A DNA stretch of 61,587 bases, the filler included, from Candidatus Woesearchaeota archaeon (lineage in GTDB: Archaea; Nanobdellota; Nanobdellia; Woesearchaeales; BM511): NCBI GenBank assembly GCA_023266675.1. It is 4 parts of 4 records of this genome, joined end to end, with 100 filler letters (N's around TTAATTAATTAA, not from the genome) between each part and the next. Parts side by side here need not be neighbours in the genome. Positions count along the whole stretch, not along the records: positions 46,661 to 61,587 come from JAHFPP010000034.1; 3 more parts are not named here. One strand, written 5' to 3'. How positions within the stretch are numbered: position 1 is the first letter of the stretch; each line of letters opens with the position of its first letter. The position numbers were made by a program, and so were the translations under genes. A model generated the notes under the pieces. The model was not told where the DNA came from. It made no database searches and saw only the letters and a program-made list of their open reading frames with translations. This document shows, in pieces, positions 49,782 to 59,768 of the stretch.

Positions 49782-50696
49782 TTACATCTTCTTAACTGCA
49801 TTCAGGAAATATTTTCTTCCAAAGTCAAAATATTTCTTTGTTATAATCCCTTTTGAATAAATGTAATAATCAATGAATTCATGGCTTAGATATGCATATT
49901 TAATTGCGAGAATAATGTTTGCCTTTTCAAAACTGTTAAGAGTCCGATACTTTTCATAATATTTAATGAAGTTTTCTGCTTTTTTGAAGTTTAAGCCTTT
50001 TTTGTCAGTACAAAACCAGATTATTGATATTCCAATATCCAGGACATAAGGTCCTATCTGGCAATTGTCAAAATCAATTACTCCTGAAAGTTTATTTGAG
50101 TCAACTAGAAGATTTTCGCTTTTAACATCACAATGTATTGTGCCTTTTGGCAACTTCCCTGAAAGCTTATTTTTCAAGAGCTCATCATTTAAGTATAATA
50201 TCTCATCCTTGTATCCCGACAAATTTCTCAGCAGATGGACTGTTATCTTTTTTATTTTTTTATCAGGTAAATCATACCAGGCAAACCTCTTTATAGAAAT
50301 AAAAGATGGGAGTTTCTCTGACTGTGTATGAAATTTAGCAAGAAAATATGCAACTTCCCGTAATAATCCGCTTGATATTCTTTTGGGAGTCTTACCTTCT
50401 ATATATTTGTAAACAACATAGTTATGTCCTTTAAACTTGTTGACATATTTATTATTGATCCCAAGAATATATTTTGGAATTGGTATATTTTTGATATTTC
50501 TAAGAAAGTTAATTTCAAATAAAATGTCGCTTTCTTTTTTTGTTTTCTTGCCAATTCTTAATATATATTTTCCTTTATCAGTGGAGATAATGTAAGTATA
50601 ATTCTGGAATCCTTTCTTTATTTTCCAGTAACCGATTAATCTGCCTATGGGATAATTAGATACAAGCTTTTGAACTGCTGGTTTTTTTAATATCAT
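49782..50696 (-). CDS. Type II homoserine kinase / APH-family phosphotransferase
   Basis: GTIHCDVKSEN, IDFD. Confidence 0.8.
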   Translation of the reverse strand: MILKKPAVQKLVSNYPIGRLIGYWKIKKGFQNYTYIISTDKGKYILRIGKKTKKESDILFEINFLRNIKNIPIPKYILGINNKYVNKFKGHNYVVYKYIEGKTPKRISSGLLREVAYFLAKFHTQSEKLPSFISIKRFAWYDLPDKKIKKITVHLLRNLSGYKDEILYLNDELLKNKLSGKLPKGTIHCDVKSENLLVDSNKLSGVIDFDNCQIGPYVLDIGISIIWFCTDKKGLNFKKAENFIKYYEKYRTLNSFEKANIILAIKYAYLSHEFIDYYIYSKGIITKKYFDFGRKYFLNAVKKM

Positions 50697-50789
50697 AACA
50701 CATACAATTAAGCCAAGGTATTATATACTTTTTTATTATTAGAAATATATAGTTAAATTAAATATAAGAATAAAAAAATAATATAAAAC

Positions 50790-51395
50790 TTATTCGTCTG
50801 AGAAATCGTCAACTGTGTACTTGAATTCTTCCGCTGACGCGATTATTCCCCGTTTTAGCATGTATTCCCGTGCTACAATCCAAAACAATAATCCAAGACT
50901 CTTTTTTCCTTTGTTATTGCATGGAACTACTAAGTCTATGTAGTTTGACTGGTTGTTTGTATCACATAAAGCTACTACTGGAATTCCTTTTTTCTGAGCA
51001 TCCATGACTACGTTTCTGTCTGGCCATGAATCTGTTACAAGGATGAATTTTGTTTCCATGAAATTCTTCAGGTTTGAGTTTGTTAGTATTCCTGGCGGGT
51101 ATCTCCCTGCAACAATCTTTACGCCTGTTACTTTTCCAAAAACCTTTACTGGTTTCCATCCATTTTCTCGTCTAGAAACGATTAATACATCTTCTGGCGC
51201 GAACTGTGACATGAAGTTTGACAACAGCCTTATTCTTTCATCAATTTTCTGGACGTTTAGAACCGATAATCCATCGCTTCTTGTCTTGTAGATGAACTGT
51301 TCCATATATTTTGTCCTGAATTTTGTTCCTATATGGATTCCTGATTTCAGGTATGCGTCTGTTGGCACTAAAAAATTTGCTTCTTCTTCTCCCAT
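50790..51395 (-). CDS. rpsB: 30S ribosomal protein uS2, archaeal type
   Basis: GIHIGT, GRYPPGILTN, PCNNKG; GGAGG SD. Confidence 0.96.
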   Translation of the reverse strand: MGEEEANFLVPTDAYLKSGIHIGTKFRTKYMEQFIYKTRSDGLSVLNVQKIDERIRLLSNFMSQFAPEDVLIVSRRENGWKPVKVFGKVTGVKIVAGRYPPGILTNSNLKNFMETKFILVTDSWPDRNVVMDAQKKGIPVVALCDTNNQSNYIDLVVPCNNKGKKSLGLLFWIVAREYMLKRGIIASAEEFKYTVDDFSDE

Positions 51396-51687
51396 GTTAT
51401 TTTTCCTCCTATATTTACTGAGGTAAAAGTCGATTTAGAATCATCTTTTACCCGCATTATTCTTGCCGATACGGATTTGCCCAAAGTCCTCTGGTTTTCC
51501 AGAGCCATTCTGTCAAGAACAAAGTTCTTGAGCATGCTCAGAAATCATTGATTTCTGACATTTAAGCACGGCTGTAAGAGGAAGAAATAGGGTTTCATTT
51601 AAAAGGATTACGGAAATTTAAGAGTATTATGACTTATTAATAATCACCATTAAAAAGTTTTATAAATATTCAAGAATTATATAAAAG

Positions 51688-52377
51688 ATGACAGTTGCAG
51701 AATATACTGATAAAGAATTTTTAGATAGGTATTTAGAAAAAACAAAAGAACATTGGCAGACTCTTTATTCTCCAATACTTGGAATTCTTGGAAACCCCCA
51801 GGGAAAAATCATTCTTGATATTGGATGTGGTCCTGGAGAGCTTACAAACAGGCTAGCTGAATTAGGGGCAAGGGCTATTGGGATTGACACATCAGAAGAA
51901 TGGATAGATTATTGCAAGAAAAATTATTCAAATAATAAAAATGCAGAATTTTTAACAGGAAATACCAATAACCTTCATATGATTAATAGTGAAAGTATTG
52001 ATACGGTTATAGCAAGCATGGTTTTTATTAATATTGATAGATTGGATGATGTCAAGAAAGCATTTGAAGAAGCAAGAAGAGTTCTTAAGCGCGGAGGAAG
52101 TTTTATTTTTTCAGATTTAGACGTTAAAGGGATAATGGATACAACTATGCCTACAAGAGAGATAATATTTCCTAAATATTTTAAATATGATGAAGGCGAT
52201 AGTTTTAACGCAAAAATAACATTAGAAAGTGGAAAAGTTATGACATTTCAAGACAGGTATTGGCCAAATGAAACTTATAAGAGATTCCTTCATGAAAATA
52301 ATTTTAGATTAATTGAGACTATCGGAACTGGATACAAAGACAGAGAATATAAAATATTTAATTGCAGAAAAGATTAG
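51688..52377 (+). CDS. Class I SAM-dependent methyltransferase
   Basis: ILDIGCGPG, RVLKRGG. Confidence 0.9.
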   Translation: MTVAEYTDKEFLDRYLEKTKEHWQTLYSPILGILGNPQGKIILDIGCGPGELTNRLAELGARAIGIDTSEEWIDYCKKNYSNNKNAEFLTGNTNNLHMINSESIDTVIASMVFINIDRLDDVKKAFEEARRVLKRGGSFIFSDLDVKGIMDTTMPTREIIFPKYFKYDEGDSFNAKITLESGKVMTFQDRYWPNETYKRFLHENNFRLIETIGTGYKDREYKIFNCRKD

Positions 52378-52898
52378 TAGAATTCTTTTATCTTTTCATA
52401 CACTGCTCCGCTGTGAGTTAATGTGCTTTTGTAAAGAACAAATGAATTTACCTGAGAAGTTATTTTGTTTGCTTTTGTTTTCTCAAGTTTATCCATAAAC
52501 ACCTGTTTGTTATCAACTGATTTTATTCTTGCAAGCGTCAGATGAGGTGAGAAATCTTTATCATTTTTGAATTCATGCAAGACACATTTGATAGCGTTGT
52601 ATAAATCGTCCAAAGCATCACTCTTCTCAATTCCTGCCCATAATACTTTTATCATCCCTTCATGTTCAAAAACTCCTAAATTTCCAAGCGTGAGACCAAA
52701 CTCCTTGAATTTTATTTTTTCCAGTTCTTTGACGATTGTTGCAACTGATTTCTTATTGACTTCACCAAGAAATTTTAGCGTGAGATGAAAAGATTTTGAA
52801 CGTGAGCAGTCCAGATTCGCATCTATAAGTTCATTTTGAAGCCGTTCTAATTCATTAAGTGTTTCATTTGATAAGTCAACTGCTATGAATAGTCTCAT
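52374..52898 (-). CDS. thpR: RNA 2',3'-cyclic phosphodiesterase (2H family)
   Basis: RLFIA, HLTLKFLGE, PHLTLAR. Confidence 0.92.
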   Translation of the reverse strand: MRLFIAVDLSNETLNELERLQNELIDANLDCSRSKSFHLTLKFLGEVNKKSVATIVKELEKIKFKEFGLTLGNLGVFEHEGMIKVLWAGIEKSDALDDLYNAIKCVLHEFKNDKDFSPHLTLARIKSVDNKQVFMDKLEKTKANKITSQVNSFVLYKSTLTHSGAVYEKIKEFY

Positions 52899-53006
52899 AA
52901 TTGTTAGTAGAATTAGTTAATATAAAAACGTAAGTAAAAAAATAAGATGAGTTATGTTTTTATAACTCGCCGTGTTTTTGGTCAAGCTTTTTTTAAAAAG
53001 GTTGTT

Positions 53007-53381
53007 TTACTCAAATTTCTCTTCTTCTTTATCTCCTTCGCCAAAATCGTCTGAATCTTCACCAGAGAAGTCTTCTTCAGGTTCTTCTGCGGTTTCTTCT
53101 ACCTGTTCTTCTGATTCTGAACCCGTGTTTGAGCTTGCTGACCCTTGACCTATTACTTCTGAGAAAGCCATTTTTTTAAGGACTCTTGTTACTCTTATTT
53201 TTACAGTTGTGCCTTCTTTTGCGCCAGGTACAAAAATTACAAATCCATTTTTCTTCGCAATTCCGTCTCCTTTTTCGCCGACTGCTTCTATTTTTACGTC
53301 AACTTCGTCTCCTACTTTTACCGGAGCTATATCGCTGCCGCCACTTCTTCCTCTGTTAAATCTATCGTTTTGTTGGTACAT
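53007..53381 (-). CDS. Single TRAM-domain RNA-binding protein with acidic tail
   Basis: APVKVG...IEAVGEKGDGIAK..GFVIFVPG. Confidence 0.9.
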   Translation of the reverse strand: MYQQNDRFNRGRSGGSDIAPVKVGDEVDVKIEAVGEKGDGIAKKNGFVIFVPGAKEGTTVKIRVTRVLKKMAFSEVIGQGSASSNTGSESEEQVEETAEEPEEDFSGEDSDDFGEGDKEEEKFE

Positions 53382-53599
53382 ATATATTTCACCTACTACC
53401 TAATTTATTTTTGTCAAAAACATGCGTTCTTGAACATATATAGAAATCCACTACATACTTTACATATTAATGAACCCCTAATAATACCTTAAGAAAAAGT
53501 TATATTTAAACCTATTGTTTTATAAGCTTAAAGACGACAAGATAAACCAAAAATCATGAAAATAGAAATATTATTAATCTAAGGAAAAAATGGTAAATA

Positions 53600-54178
53600 A
53601 TGAAGTTACTAGTTGTCAACAACCATTCAAGGCACATAAGGAAAATATTGAAGGAGTTCAAAAAAGTAAGAGTTGTGGATTTTAAAAGTTTAAACAAAGT
53701 TGATTATGATAATTATGATGCTGTAATACTTTCAGGTGGATACCCTCTTCCGGTAAAATACCACGAAAAAGAATATTCTGAGGAAATAAAGCTAATAAAA
53801 AAGTACAAGAAACCAATTCTTGGAATCTGTCTTGGGTTCGAACTCATAAATTTCGCATACGGTGAAAAGCTTAAACGGCAAAAGAAAAGAACAAAAGGCG
53901 AGATTTCAATAAAGCTGATTTCAGAAAGTAGGTTATTCACGTCTTTTCCAAAAAGATTCAAAGTTTATGAAGCACACAAATGGATTGTTTCAGAGAATAA
54001 ATTCTTAGAAACTCTTGCATTGTCAAAAGATGGAGTTGAAGCAGTTAAGCACCCAAGAAAAGAGATATATGGTGTGCAGTTTCATCCTGAAATCTTTGTG
54101 AAAAACAGTCATACTAAACGGATTTTTAAGAATTTTATAGAGATAGTTAACTTGACAAATAATAAAACAAGAAAATAA
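53600..54178 (+). CDS. Class I glutamine amidotransferase
   Basis: ILSGG, GICLG, QFHPE. Confidence 0.88.
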   Translation: MKLLVVNNHSRHIRKILKEFKKVRVVDFKSLNKVDYDNYDAVILSGGYPLPVKYHEKEYSEEIKLIKKYKKPILGICLGFELINFAYGEKLKRQKKRTKGEISIKLISESRLFTSFPKRFKVYEAHKWIVSENKFLETLALSKDGVEAVKHPRKEIYGVQFHPEIFVKNSHTKRIFKNFIEIVNLTNNKTRK

Positions 54179-54393
54179 AGTTTTCGATGCACATAAAATG
54201 CTTTTTTGCATTTTCTTGTGGTTTAACAAAACAATTCGGACTATTTCAGTTTTAGAAATAGTCCTTAGCCTCGCTTCCAATTGGCGAGAGAATTGTAAAT
54301 GAGACGTATGGGAACAACCTTTCTAAGGTTGAACAAGGAGATTAGTAATGGACATTTGTCAAAAACACAAAGTCCATCTCCATAATAAAGAAG

Positions 54394-54467
54394 TGAGCCG
54401 TATGGGGTTCGAACCCACGACAACTCGGTTAAGAGCCGAGTGCTCTACCAGGCTGAGCTAACGGCCC
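54394..54467 (-). tRNA. tRNA-Lys(CTT)
   Basis: GGGCCGT/ACGGCTC acceptor; CTCGG-CTCTTAA-CCGAG; GTGGG-TTCGAAC-CCCAT. Confidence 0.95.
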
Positions 54468-54566
54468 AAAGATTTAACAAAAGAATTCTGAATGATTTAA
54501 GAATATTGTGTTTAAAGTCTGCATTAAATAATATAAATAAAAAAGTTAAGAAAAAATTCTTAACAA

Positions 54567-55586
54567 TTATTCCATTGACGAGGAATATTTTCCCTGTGTT
54601 GCAAGCGAGTTAAGCTTTGCCCGATGGACAAATGCGCTTTGTGCTTTATGCATGTTTTCATCTTTTCCTTGCCATGCTTTAAGAGCTGGTTCTTGTAGCG
54701 CTCTTGCGTATGAGAAACTCACGTACCATGGAAGGTTCTTGTCAAGTTTATGCATAGCGTCAAGGTGAGCTGTTGCTTCCTGCGGCGTCTGTCCGCCAGA
54801 TAAAAAGTTTATGCTTGGAATGTCTGACGGCACTGTTGCCTTAAGCACTTTTAATGTTCTTTTTGCAACCTCTTCAACACCTGCCCTGTCCTTTGCCTGC
54901 TTTCCTGATATAACCATGCTTGATTTTAGTATTGTGTACTTCAAATTTACTTTTTCTTTTTTTAGCGCAGAAAAAAGTTCCTTTAATACGTCATGCGTGA
55001 CTCTTTCAGAATCATCTATGCTGTGCTCGCCGTCAATTAATACTTCAGGTTCAACCATTGGAACGATTCCTTCTTCCTGACAAGCTTTTGCGTATTTTGC
55101 AAGGTCTTCTGAATTTCGTTTTATTATTTCCTTTGTTGGTGTTGACGATGATATCTTGTAGACTGCTCTCCACTTGGCAAATTTGCACCCATGTTTTTTG
55201 TGCTCTTTAAGCCTTAAAGGAAGTGTTTCAAGCCCGTTTGTGCATTCCTCGTCAGTGTTGTTGAAATGCGCCAGTCCTTCATCGACTTTTATTCCTGGAA
55301 CAATTCCTTTTAACTCCAGATGCTTTGGGAAAAAAACTCCATCATTTGTTTTCTGATTTAGCGTTTCTTCGTGTAAAATCACGCCTGAGATATATTTTTC
55401 CATATCTTTTGCAGCCAGAACCATTTGTCTGTATTGTCGTCTTGTTTCTGCTGTGGACTCAGTGTTTATGCTTGCAAGCCTTTTTCCTGCGGTTTTTGGA
55501 CTTTCATCAGCTGCAAGTATTCCCTTGCCTGGCACAGCCAAGTGTTTAATCGTGGTTTCTAATTCTTTTTCGTGCATAGTAATCAA
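54567..55586 (-). CDS. Class I fructose-bisphosphate aldolase (eukaryote/bacterial type)
   Basis: KGILAADES, GIKVD, AKWR, VEPEV, FLSGGQ, FSYARALQ. Confidence 0.93.
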   Translation of the reverse strand: MITMHEKELETTIKHLAVPGKGILAADESPKTAGKRLASINTESTAETRRQYRQMVLAAKDMEKYISGVILHEETLNQKTNDGVFFPKHLELKGIVPGIKVDEGLAHFNNTDEECTNGLETLPLRLKEHKKHGCKFAKWRAVYKISSSTPTKEIIKRNSEDLAKYAKACQEEGIVPMVEPEVLIDGEHSIDDSERVTHDVLKELFSALKKEKVNLKYTILKSSMVISGKQAKDRAGVEEVAKRTLKVLKATVPSDIPSINFLSGGQTPQEATAHLDAMHKLDKNLPWYVSFSYARALQEPALKAWQGKDENMHKAQSAFVHRAKLNSLATQGKYSSSME

Positions 55587-55598
55587 TTTCCTCCGTTT

Positions 55599-56561
55599 TT
55601 AGTATTGTGGTTTTTCAAAAAAATGATGATGTGTTTCTAGGAACCTGATTGTTTTTGATTTTGACCTCATGACTATTGAGTGCGTTATCCCACCGTCAGG
55701 CTTGAATACCACTCCTTTCAGAAAATGCCCATCACTTATTCCTGTAGCTGCAAATAACAGGTTGTCTCCTTTTGCTAAATCATCCGTGTGGTAGACTTTG
55801 TCTTTTTTTAGTCCCATTTCTTCTGTTTCCTTTTCTGTTTTTTCATTGTGCGGCCTTATTATCGCCTGTACTTCGCCGCCGATGCATTTCATTGCGGCAG
55901 CAACTATCACTGTTTCTGGTGCGCCGCCGTAACCCATGAGTACGTCAATTCCTGAGTTTTCAATGCCTGCAGATATTGCGCCACTCACAGTTCCGTGTTC
56001 AATAAGTCTTATTCTTGCGCCGCTGTCCCTTATCTGTTTTATCATGTCTGAAAGTCTTGGCCTGTCAAGAATGCATACAGTGACTTCACTGATATCTTTT
56101 TTTAGCGCTTTTGCTATTCGTGAAAGATTATTTTTAACTGAGTCTTTTATGTCAATTGATCCTTTTGCATCTTTACCTACAACTATTTGGTCCATGTATG
56201 TTCCTGGCGCCTTCATTAAGCTTCCGCGAGGCCCAGCTGCAAGAACAGAAATTGAATTTGGCTTTCCGTTTGCAAGGTTTGACGTGCACTCAAGCGGGTC
56301 AACTGCAAGCTCAATGTCATGCTCATTGTCGTTCACGTGCCGTCCGACTTTTTCGCCACTGTAAAGCATTGGCGCCTCATCCTTCTCGCCTTCACCTATT
56401 ATTATTACTCCATGAAAGGCTATGTCGTTAAGCGTTTTACGCATGGCTTCAACTGCTGCGCCGTCAGCTTTTATTTTATCTCCCTTACCCATCCAAAGCG
56501 CAGAGCTTAAAGCAGCCGCTTCAGTGACTCTAACAAATTCCAATGCAAGATTTCTGTCCAT
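55599..56561 (-). CDS. glpX: Class II fructose-1,6-bisphosphatase
   Basis: RVTEAAA, IGEGEKDEAPML, AVDPLE, GGAPE, FAATGI. Confidence 0.95.
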   Translation of the reverse strand: MDRNLALEFVRVTEAAALSSALWMGKGDKIKADGAAVEAMRKTLNDIAFHGVIIIGEGEKDEAPMLYSGEKVGRHVNDNEHDIELAVDPLECTSNLANGKPNSISVLAAGPRGSLMKAPGTYMDQIVVGKDAKGSIDIKDSVKNNLSRIAKALKKDISEVTVCILDRPRLSDMIKQIRDSGARIRLIEHGTVSGAISAGIENSGIDVLMGYGGAPETVIVAAAMKCIGGEVQAIIRPHNEKTEKETEEMGLKKDKVYHTDDLAKGDNLLFAATGISDGHFLKGVVFKPDGGITHSIVMRSKSKTIRFLETHHHFFEKPQY

Positions 56562-56650
56562 AAATTCACCCTTAATAAGTTTCCAGAGAAGTTTAGTATA
56601 TTAAGTTTACGAAAAAAAGTATAAAAGAATTAAAAAAAGTTATTATAAAG

Positions 56651-57532
56651 TTAATCAACATATAATTTGAACAATGCCTGAACGCCGCTGTATTCTTCGC
56701 CTCTTTCAGAAAGCCGCTCATAAAGTGTTATCGTGTGCTTTAGCATTTCTAAGTCAAGCCCTAACTCTTTTGATTCGACAAGCGCTATTTTTAAGTCTTT
56801 TATCAGATGCTTAACATAAAACCCTGCTGCAAAATCTGATGTTAGCATGCGATGACCATGTACTTTTAATATATTGCTTCCTGCAGTGCCTGTTTCAAGA
56901 ACTTTGATTACATTTTGTGGGTTTACTCCGGATTTTTTGGCATACGCGAGTGATTCGCAGACTCCTGCAAGTGTTACTGCCATAGCTATCTGGTTGCAGA
57001 TTTTTGTGTGCTGACCAAAACCTGATTCTCCCTGATAGACTATGTTTTTTCCCATTAAGCCAAATATTGGAAGAATTTCGTCAAAGGTTTCTTTGTCTCC
57101 TCCAACCATTATTGTAAGCCTAGCTTCTTTTGCTCCAATGTCGCCGCCTGTTACTGGCGCGTCAAGAGCGCTAAGATTTTTTCCTTTTGCCTCTTCATAT
57201 ATTTTTACTGCAAGCTTTGGAGATGAAGTTGTCATGTCAACAAGGATAGACCCTTGTTTTGCATTCTCCATTAAACCATTTTCTCCTAAATAAACTTCCT
57301 CAACATCTTTTGGTGTGCCGATAATTGTTATTATAAGATTGCATCTCTTTGCCAAATCCAAAACACTGTCCACCCAAACAGCTCCTTTGTCTAAAAGTTC
57401 CAAAGATTTTTCTTTTGTCCTATTATAAACTACGAGTTTATATCCAGCATCAAGCAGATGTCCTGCCATGCTTTTACCCATAAGACCGGTGCCTATGAAT
57501 CCGATGATAGTGTTTTCCTTTGTAATAACCAT
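56651..57532 (-). CDS. Beta-hydroxyacid (3-hydroxyisobutyrate/tartronate semialdehyde) dehydrogenase family
   Basis: GFIGTGLMG, LDAPVTGGD, TKICNQ, KDLKIA. Confidence 0.9.
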   Translation of the reverse strand: MVITKENTIIGFIGTGLMGKSMAGHLLDAGYKLVVYNRTKEKSLELLDKGAVWVDSVLDLAKRCNLIITIIGTPKDVEEVYLGENGLMENAKQGSILVDMTTSSPKLAVKIYEEAKGKNLSALDAPVTGGDIGAKEARLTIMVGGDKETFDEILPIFGLMGKNIVYQGESGFGQHTKICNQIAMAVTLAGVCESLAYAKKSGVNPQNVIKVLETGTAGSNILKVHGHRMLTSDFAAGFYVKHLIKDLKIALVESKELGLDLEMLKHTITLYERLSERGEEYSGVQALFKLYVD

Positions 57533-57631
57533 ATATATTCACACTCCAATTAAATTATTAGATATAAAACAAGGTTAAAGAGAGTATATATTAAATTTGC
57601 GATGAAGAACTGATAAAAAATAACAATTAAT

Positions 57632-57880
57632 TTATTGTAAATCCTTATGGTATAAATCAAGAAAGATTATCTTGTTTTCTTCTTTTAAATATAAATAAGA
57701 TAATCGGTAAGGAGAAATATAAACCTCTCTTGTTCCTTTACGAAAATTTCTCATTGGCTTTCCTATTTCCGGATTATTTTCAATCTTAATAAATTGTTTA
57801 ACTATTTTTTCTTTAAATGAGTTATCTTTTATCTTGGAGAATTATTTCTGAAAGTGTTCATCAAAACTTGAAATTAACAT
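57632..57880 (-). pseudogene. RelE/ParE toxin with an in-frame TAA at codon 13
   Basis: Manual translation MLISSFDEHFQK*FSKIKD...NPEIGKPMRNFRKGTREVYISPYRLSY...LYHKDLQ; start overlaps the antitoxin stop. Confidence 0.75.
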
Positions 57881-58149
57881 TTTTTAATAATTTTTAAGAA
57901 TTCATCAAAAGGCACCTCTTTGAACTTACCTTCATCATATCTTTTCAAAGCAGCTTCTGTTCTTTTAGCAAATTCTATATCCTCTTTAAATTGTTTACTA
58001 ATCTTATTTGCTTTTTTAATAATTAATTTATCATCGCTTCTTATTACAATAAGTTTTTCTCCAACTTCAAAGTCTTCTCTCATATCAGTTGGTATTACTA
58101 TCTGTCCTTTTGTGCTCATTTTAGTCATTCCAATATCCACATGTATCAC
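57874..58149 (-). CDS. AbrB/MazE-fold antitoxin
   Basis: MSTKGQIVIPTDMR. Confidence 0.88.
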   Translation of the reverse strand: MIHVDIGMTKMSTKGQIVIPTDMREDFEVGEKLIVIRSDDKLIIKKANKISKQFKEDIEFAKRTEAALKRYDEGKFKEVPFDEFLKIIKKC

Positions 58150-58230
58150 CTGAGTAAGACTAATCTTACTAGATATATAAATGTGTCTGTAAAATATGAA
58201 AAAATTAAAGAAAAAAATTAAAAAACTTTT

Positions 58231-59205
58231 TTACAAGTCTTTTATTCCTGCAGTTTCAACTATGAATCCGCACTCGTTGTCAGGAAGGTTTGGAGAATCG
58301 ATAAGTTTTGCAACTCTTGTGCCTTTCTTGCCTTTTCGAAGATAGATTCTAAAAGTGCTTGCGTGTGCAACGATGTGCCCTCCGACTGCCTTTGTTGGGT
58401 CTCCAAAGAACTGTGCTGGGTCTGCCTGTACTTGGTTTGTTACATACACGCATAGGTTGTGTACGTCTGCAAGGCGTGCAAGTGTGTGCATGTGCTTGTT
58501 TATCTTTTGCTGTCGTTCAGAGAGTGTTCCTCGTCCGATAAATTCTGCTCTAAAATGAGCGGTTAGTGAATCAATGATTACTACTCTTACTTTTAGTCCA
58601 TCATTTTTAATGAGGTCTTCAATTTTTTCAACAAGCAACATCTGATGATCTGAGTTGTATGCTTTTGCAACTTTTATGTGCTTTAAAACTTTTTCAACGT
58701 CCATGCCTGCGCCTTCAGCTAGTTGCACAATTCTTTCTGGTCGAAATGTATTTTCTGTATCTATATATACCGCGTAAGCGTCTTCATCTTGTTTTTGTGC
58801 CATTACAGCCAGTGTGTGTCCTATCTGTGTTTTTCCTGAACCAAACTCTCCAAAACACTCAGTTATTGCGTTTGTTTCAAATCCTCCGCCGAGAAGATCG
58901 TTTAATGCTGTTGATGGTGTTTTAATTTTAACTACGTTTAGTCTTTTTGCAAGCAAATCTTGTCCGGATTCAAATCCCATTTCAAGCGCTTGTCTTGCTG
59001 CCTGAATAACTTTTCTTGCAGTTACCTCTGTTAATCCGCCGGATTCCACTAACTCTCCCGGACTTGCAACTGCTATTGCGAGCATACTATCAAATCCTGC
59101 TGATTGCAGTTTTTCAGCTGTTGCTGTGCCTACACCTGGCAGGTCTTCTATTGACATATCTTCTTTTTTTGGTTTCATTTTTAATACTAGTTCTTGCTTA
59201 GCCAT
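58231..59205 (-). CDS. radA: Recombinase RadA
   Basis: HhH DLPGVG, GEFGSGKTQ, FRPERI, GGHIVAHAST, DSPNLP. Confidence 0.97.
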   Translation of the reverse strand: MAKQELVLKMKPKKEDMSIEDLPGVGTATAEKLQSAGFDSMLAIAVASPGELVESGGLTEVTARKVIQAARQALEMGFESGQDLLAKRLNVVKIKTPSTALNDLLGGGFETNAITECFGEFGSGKTQIGHTLAVMAQKQDEDAYAVYIDTENTFRPERIVQLAEGAGMDVEKVLKHIKVAKAYNSDHQMLLVEKIEDLIKNDGLKVRVVIIDSLTAHFRAEFIGRGTLSERQQKINKHMHTLARLADVHNLCVYVTNQVQADPAQFFGDPTKAVGGHIVAHASTFRIYLRKGKKGTRVAKLIDSPNLPDNECGFIVETAGIKDL

Positions 59206-59223
59206 TGTGATTACCTCATTTAT

Positions 59224-59559
59224 TTATATCTTTATTGATTCTTCGCCGTATGCGGAATCCGTGAATTCCCGAAGAACGATTTCTTTGTATGCTTCCTGTA
59301 AAACTACTGCTGCTCTTGGTAGGTCATTTATTCTTAAAGAATTTGTAGTCTGCCAGTTTCCTTCCTTGTCTTTGTAGGAGCGCTCAAATGTGACTGTCTG
59401 ATATTCAGATATCTGACCATCTTTTACTCCGTGGTTTTTCCATACAGTTGCGCATATTGCGCCTGCCCGGAACTTTTTTTCAGGCGTATTATTTACACCT
59501 GAACGTGCGAAGTTTTCTTTTTCGCTTGCACTATTTTTCTCTATTCTTGTTTTATACAT
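59224..59559 (-). CDS. Conserved hypothetical protein, possible ssDNA-binding fold
   Basis: KFRAGAICATVWKN...RSYKDKEGNWQTTNS; 18 nt upstream of radA. Confidence 0.6.
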   Translation of the reverse strand: MYKTRIEKNSASEKENFARSGVNNTPEKKFRAGAICATVWKNHGVKDGQISEYQTVTFERSYKDKEGNWQTTNSLRINDLPRAAVVLQEAYKEIVLREFTDSAYGEESIKI

Positions 59560-59768
59560 TTTTTATGCCTCTTTTGCTTTTCGCATTTTATTTCAATTTA
59601 TTGAAATTTTCGAAAATATTATTTTCGATGTGTTTCAACAAGCTTTCCTTCTATTTTGAACAAGAGGGACCAAAAGGGGTTTGGTCCGTTGTTCCAGAAA
59701 GCAGTGGCACCGGATTTCTCCGATTAAGATGTTTTAGCTGATTTGATTTATATAGCTCACTTGAAGAA

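Noticed and set aside
5053..59741. Numerous 60-210 aa ORFs antisense to or nested in recognised genes
   Set aside because: They are shadow frames with no motifs and fully overlap well-supported CDSs
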